A DNA stretch of 64,000 nt from a bacterium. Lineage in GTDB: Bacteria > Zhuqueibacterota > Zhuqueibacteria > Residuimicrobiales > Krinioviventaceae. The position numbers and the translations under genes were made by a program. Position 1 is the stretch's first letter, and the number at the start of each line of letters is the position of its first letter. A model generated the notes under the pieces. The model searched no databases. It was not told the origin of the DNA and saw nothing but the letters and a program-made list of their open reading frames with translations. The stretch spans positions 736,001 to 800,000 of the forward strand of contig CAXXMD010000003.1 in NCBI GenBank assembly GCA_963675755.2. Reading direction: 5' to 3'. Shown one piece after another: positions 60,685 through 64,000 of this stretch.

Positions 60685-63465
60685 TTATTTAACCAATGCC
60701 ATCTTTTTTATTTTCCTTTCCCCGTTTATGTTTAAAACGCTAAAGTACACGCCGGTTGGCAAAACTTTGTTCTGATCATTTCGGCCATCCCACTGAACTG
60801 AATACTCTCCAGGTGCCTGACGGGTTTGAACCAGAGTTCGAACCTTTTTGCCCGTCACATCATAAATTGATAAATTTGTTAAACTGGTTTTGTCTATTTT
60901 ATAGCGAATTTGAGTTTCCCCATTAAAAGGATTAGGATAATTATTATACAACTTGAAACTTTTTATAGTTTCACTATTTTCCACCTGTGTATCAGTTGTT
61001 GACCCGTCACCGCTTTTTAACCAATCCACAATATTTTTCATCAGTAATGCTCTGTGCTCTGCGGCATCATTTCCCACTCCTACTGCCTCAAATCCAAATG
61101 CAAGATACACCAGACGATAACGGCCATCATATGTTATTGCCGAGCACCCCTCAGGAAAAGATGGATCATTGTAATAAAACAAGGGCTTTGACAAAGAATC
61201 CGGGCGTATAATACTGGGAGATTCAAGCATATCGGAAGCCAGTTCAATGTATGGAACAAAATCCCCTGAAACAGCATTTCCGGGAATGCCCTCAATTCGC
61301 AACCCTGTCGTATCTGGGACCGATTCACTAACCAGATCTGCGTGCATCCAGTCTGTAAAAAATTGGGGTGCCAACGGATCAAGTTCTGATAGCAAATGCG
61401 AACCAAAGTTTTCACCAGAAAGCAATACCTTTCCACCCAAATACATAATGTTTCTAAAATTAGCCATCTCGTAGGATGTCAACGTATACCCCTTTGTGCC
61501 GGTAAACCAGATGACAATATCATATTCCCACATCACCATGCGAGTGGGATTCATTAGCTCCAGTACACTCCAAACATCATATTCAACATCACCCATCTGG
61601 TCCAATGCTTCTGTATAGTAATCGAGAATCCGATTGCCATTATCATCTGTCTCGTCACTACTGTCATCAACCAGAAAGATGCGTCGCTTTTCCATATTGA
61701 CTGTAAAACTCAACTGCGATGTATAGCCGTCACTGGTTTCAAAATCCAAATTAAACTGAATTGGATGTATGGGAGAATCTTTAGCCACGGAAACAACAAA
61801 ATAATTCAGCTTGTTACCCAAAACATCATCTTTAACAATTCGGGTATAGCGACCGGTTTCGTCATTCACCGTAACATAGGGATCGTCAGATGACAACGTT
61901 GCATCTACCCATTCTACTGTCATACCATTATTTTGGAGGTATACATACAATCCAATATTATCATCACCAGGAAGTAATATATTATCCAGATCAGACTTGT
62001 TGGTTAAATCAAAACGATCAAATGTCAAATCAGGAGTTATTGTATGCAGATCCGCTACAATGTCTTCACCGGATTCAAAAACATTATATGTGGCTGTTCT
62101 ACTGGTATTACCATCATACAACAAGCTATTAGGTGTTGTATAACGGGTAAAAGAATGTATTACATTTCTCCCCGGAAAAGGATCACCACTGTCACCATTG
62201 CTTTCTTTATTATCAAGTTGGCCTAATCCATCTGCCTCTTCAAGATCAACCAGCCGATGTACATCATTGGTATTTCCATAATAATCTGAAACGGTATGAT
62301 CAATATGCCAAACAAGCAACCCGCTTCCCGGCAAACCACTGTCAAACCCTTTTTGCTGACGATTTTCAATTAAAAAATACTCTTTATCCACATTTTCATA
62401 ATAACCCAGATGATTTTCATACACATAGCTTTCCAACTCGCCATTGTTCATCAACTTGTAAGCGACAGGAGATTCTTCAATTGGAGGTATGGTCTGGTCG
62501 TAAACATTACCAGCCAGAACAACCGGCTCTAACCAACCCAAACGCTCTTTGCACCATGCACTCAAGTGTACCGGACGCTCGGGAGATCGCCTGTCTCCAC
62601 CCCATGACCCACTACCCATAAGACACCAAACCCCAACACCCATAGAGCTGTAATCCAGGTCGTACAAATCCGGCAGCATAAACGCATGCCCCAATTCATG
62701 CGCCGCGACACCAATTTCTACCATACCATCACGTTGTACAGCAGGTATAATCAAATAATCATCAATATAAACAGGTTTATTATTAGCCCTTACATCCCGT
62801 GTTTCAAAAGGTGATCCTGTGTAAAAGCTGTAATTCAAAAAATGAGACCATATCTCAGGTCCCCCGGTTTCCTCAGCACCTTTTCCGGAATGAACAACAA
62901 AAACAACATCAACAAATCCATCATCATCACCCGAATTGGGTATATTGTCAGGACCGTCATTATCATACATTCCAAAGTCAACAGAATCATCCATCATGGT
63001 AAACAATTCAGTCAACAGATCACCCATATTGGAATTTTCTCTGTCATAATATTGAGCAGGATGCGTCACCTGACTCCATCCGTAAACCTGGCCATCTATG
63101 TTCAATGCTCCATAAGAATTTTCCAGATAATAATCTTTCAAAGACCCGGATTCCCACTCGCCAAAAAACTTTTGCTGTAGCTGTTCTGTTTCCCACTCTG
63201 TTTCATAAATATCAGAATACTGTGCACACAACACAGGAATGTACAACCTGGCAGGGTTGTCAACATCTCGTGCCTGGTTAGTCAGAATATCAGATGATGC
63301 AGATTTGTGAATAGATAATGGATGTTTGGGACTGGAATACAGGGCCGGATTCTCATTCAGCGCTTGCTGTATATCCAGAGGAAATGTTGCTAACGGATCT
63401 TGAGGAGGAACGATAGCAAAAACTGGCAATGCAAAGAATAATAAAATCGTTATAAAATATTTCAT
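60685..63465 (-). CDS. Secreted M6 metalloprotease, paralog of 57816-60623
   Basis: HELGHAFMLPDLY, WCLMGSGSW, EYFLIENRQ; signal peptide from ATG 63465; NNYPNPFN...KMALVK. Confidence 0.92.
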   Translation of the reverse strand: MKYFITILLFFALPVFAIVPPQDPLATFPLDIQQALNENPALYSSPKHPLSIHKSASSDILTNQARDVDNPARLYIPVLCAQYSDIYETEWETEQLQQKFFGEWESGSLKDYYLENSYGALNIDGQVYGWSQVTHPAQYYDRENSNMGDLLTELFTMMDDSVDFGMYDNDGPDNIPNSGDDDGFVDVVFVVHSGKGAEETGGPEIWSHFLNYSFYTGSPFETRDVRANNKPVYIDDYLIIPAVQRDGMVEIGVAAHELGHAFMLPDLYDLDYSSMGVGVWCLMGSGSWGGDRRSPERPVHLSAWCKERLGWLEPVVLAGNVYDQTIPPIEESPVAYKLMNNGELESYVYENHLGYYENVDKEYFLIENRQQKGFDSGLPGSGLLVWHIDHTVSDYYGNTNDVHRLVDLEEADGLGQLDNKESNGDSGDPFPGRNVIHSFTRYTTPNSLLYDGNTSRTATYNVFESGEDIVADLHTITPDLTFDRFDLTNKSDLDNILLPGDDNIGLYVYLQNNGMTVEWVDATLSSDDPYVTVNDETGRYTRIVKDDVLGNKLNYFVVSVAKDSPIHPIQFNLDFETSDGYTSQLSFTVNMEKRRIFLVDDSSDETDDNGNRILDYYTEALDQMGDVEYDVWSVLELMNPTRMVMWEYDIVIWFTGTKGYTLTSYEMANFRNIMYLGGKVLLSGENFGSHLLSELDPLAPQFFTDWMHADLVSESVPDTTGLRIEGIPGNAVSGDFVPYIELASDMLESPSIIRPDSLSKPLFYYNDPSFPEGCSAITYDGRYRLVYLAFGFEAVGVGNDAAEHRALLMKNIVDWLKSGDGSTTDTQVENSETIKSFKLYNNYPNPFNGETQIRYKIDKTSLTNLSIYDVTGKKVRTLVQTRQAPGEYSVQWDGRNDQNKVLPTGVYFSVLNINGERKIKKMALVK

Positions 63466-63542
63466 AATCAGTTCAATAAATTCTTTCCATTTTATTAATA
63501 CAAAAATTTTCAATCAAAACAAACAATATTTTAAGATTTTAA

Positions 63543-63571
63543 TTGACATTTATTAAAATTATAATTATTCT
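63543..63571 (+). promoter_or_regulatory. Putative promoter of the TonB-dependent receptor gene
   Basis: TTGACA-17 nt-TATTCT in the divergent intergenic region. Confidence 0.45.
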
Positions 63572-63634
63572 AGATTAACAGGCGCGTTAACTCACTTTAT
63601 TTCCATATCATAACATAAAAATCAGGAAAACCTC

Positions 63635-64000
63635 ATGAAAAAAAGGTCAATAACCATTTTGGTCTATTGTGTTTTATTTACTGCAAATTATGTCTTTGCA
63701 GGAATTTCAGGAACACTGGCAGGTAAAGTTCTTGACAAAAGTACAGGCAATCCGTTACCAGGCGCCAATGTGATCATCGTGAACAGCCACTTTGGCTCTG
63801 CTTCAAATGAAAAAGGACAGTTTCTGGTTAACAATATTCCTGCAGGTACGTTTACAGTCAAGGCCACAATGATGGGTTACAATACCTTGATCATTGAAAA
63901 AGTAACAATCCTGATGGATCTTCGGACCTCGTTGACAATAGAATTAGAACCCAAAGTTCTGGAAGGGCAGGAAGTAACAGTTACAGCAGATGCTTCCATG
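63635..64000 (+). CDS. Probable TonB-dependent receptor, N-terminal carboxypeptidase-regulatory-like domain (runs off the right edge)
   Basis: Manual translation: MKKRSITILVYCVLFTANYVFA|GISGTLAGKVLDKSTGNPLPGANVII...ASNEKGQFLVNNIPAGTFTVKATMMGY...LEGQEVTVTAD (TonB-box-like EVTVTA). The barrel is outside the window. Confidence 0.75.
   Translation, partial: MKKRSITILVYCVLFTANYVFAGISGTLAGKVLDKSTGNPLPGANVIIVNSHFGSASNEKGQFLVNNIPAGTFTVKATMMGYNTLIIEKVTILMDLRTSLTIELEPKVLEGQEVTVTADASM

Noticed and set aside
49665-63465. DGR template/variable repeats between the paralogs
   Set aside because: Differences are not adenine-specific, matches are in-frame conserved motifs, and no reverse transcriptase is present.
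1-64000. tRNA, rRNA, known riboswitches, transposases, integrases
   Set aside because: None recognised by eye; tRNAscan-SE, Infernal/Rfam and ISEScan would be needed to exclude them.

Overview
Bacterial chromosomal window. It most likely comes from a non-Bacteroidota member of the FCB group (KSB1/Calditrichota-like; inferred from nine proteins ending in a 'YPNPFN...K(M/L)xL(L/I)(R/K)' C-terminal sorting domain plus canonical Shine-Dalgarno sites and TTGACA-type promoters). Three zones. (1) 1-24.7 kb is a mosaic accessory/carbohydrate region: a sodium:solute symporter, GH2, two GH32/43-like propellers and two paralogous unclassified hydrolases, interrupted by AT-rich inserts. These include a nested REP/REPIN-like repeat complex (4.9-8.3 kb) holding a precisely inserted two-gene cargo, and an NYN RNase gene behind a structured leader RNA. 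(2) 24.7-40.3 kb is mostly housekeeping: ppdK, an S41 protease, tmk, MATE, ino1, panD, a CDP-alcohol phosphatidyltransferase, rsmI (apparent ACG start) and DUF2851. (3) 40.3-64 kb is a cluster of six secreted multi-domain proteases (3x S8, 2x M6, 1x C25) plus a membrane spermidine-synthase-like/TPR protein, divergent from a probable TonB-dependent receptor. No rRNA, tRNA, CRISPR array, integrase or transposase was recognised. All calls come from reading motifs by eye; no database searches were run.
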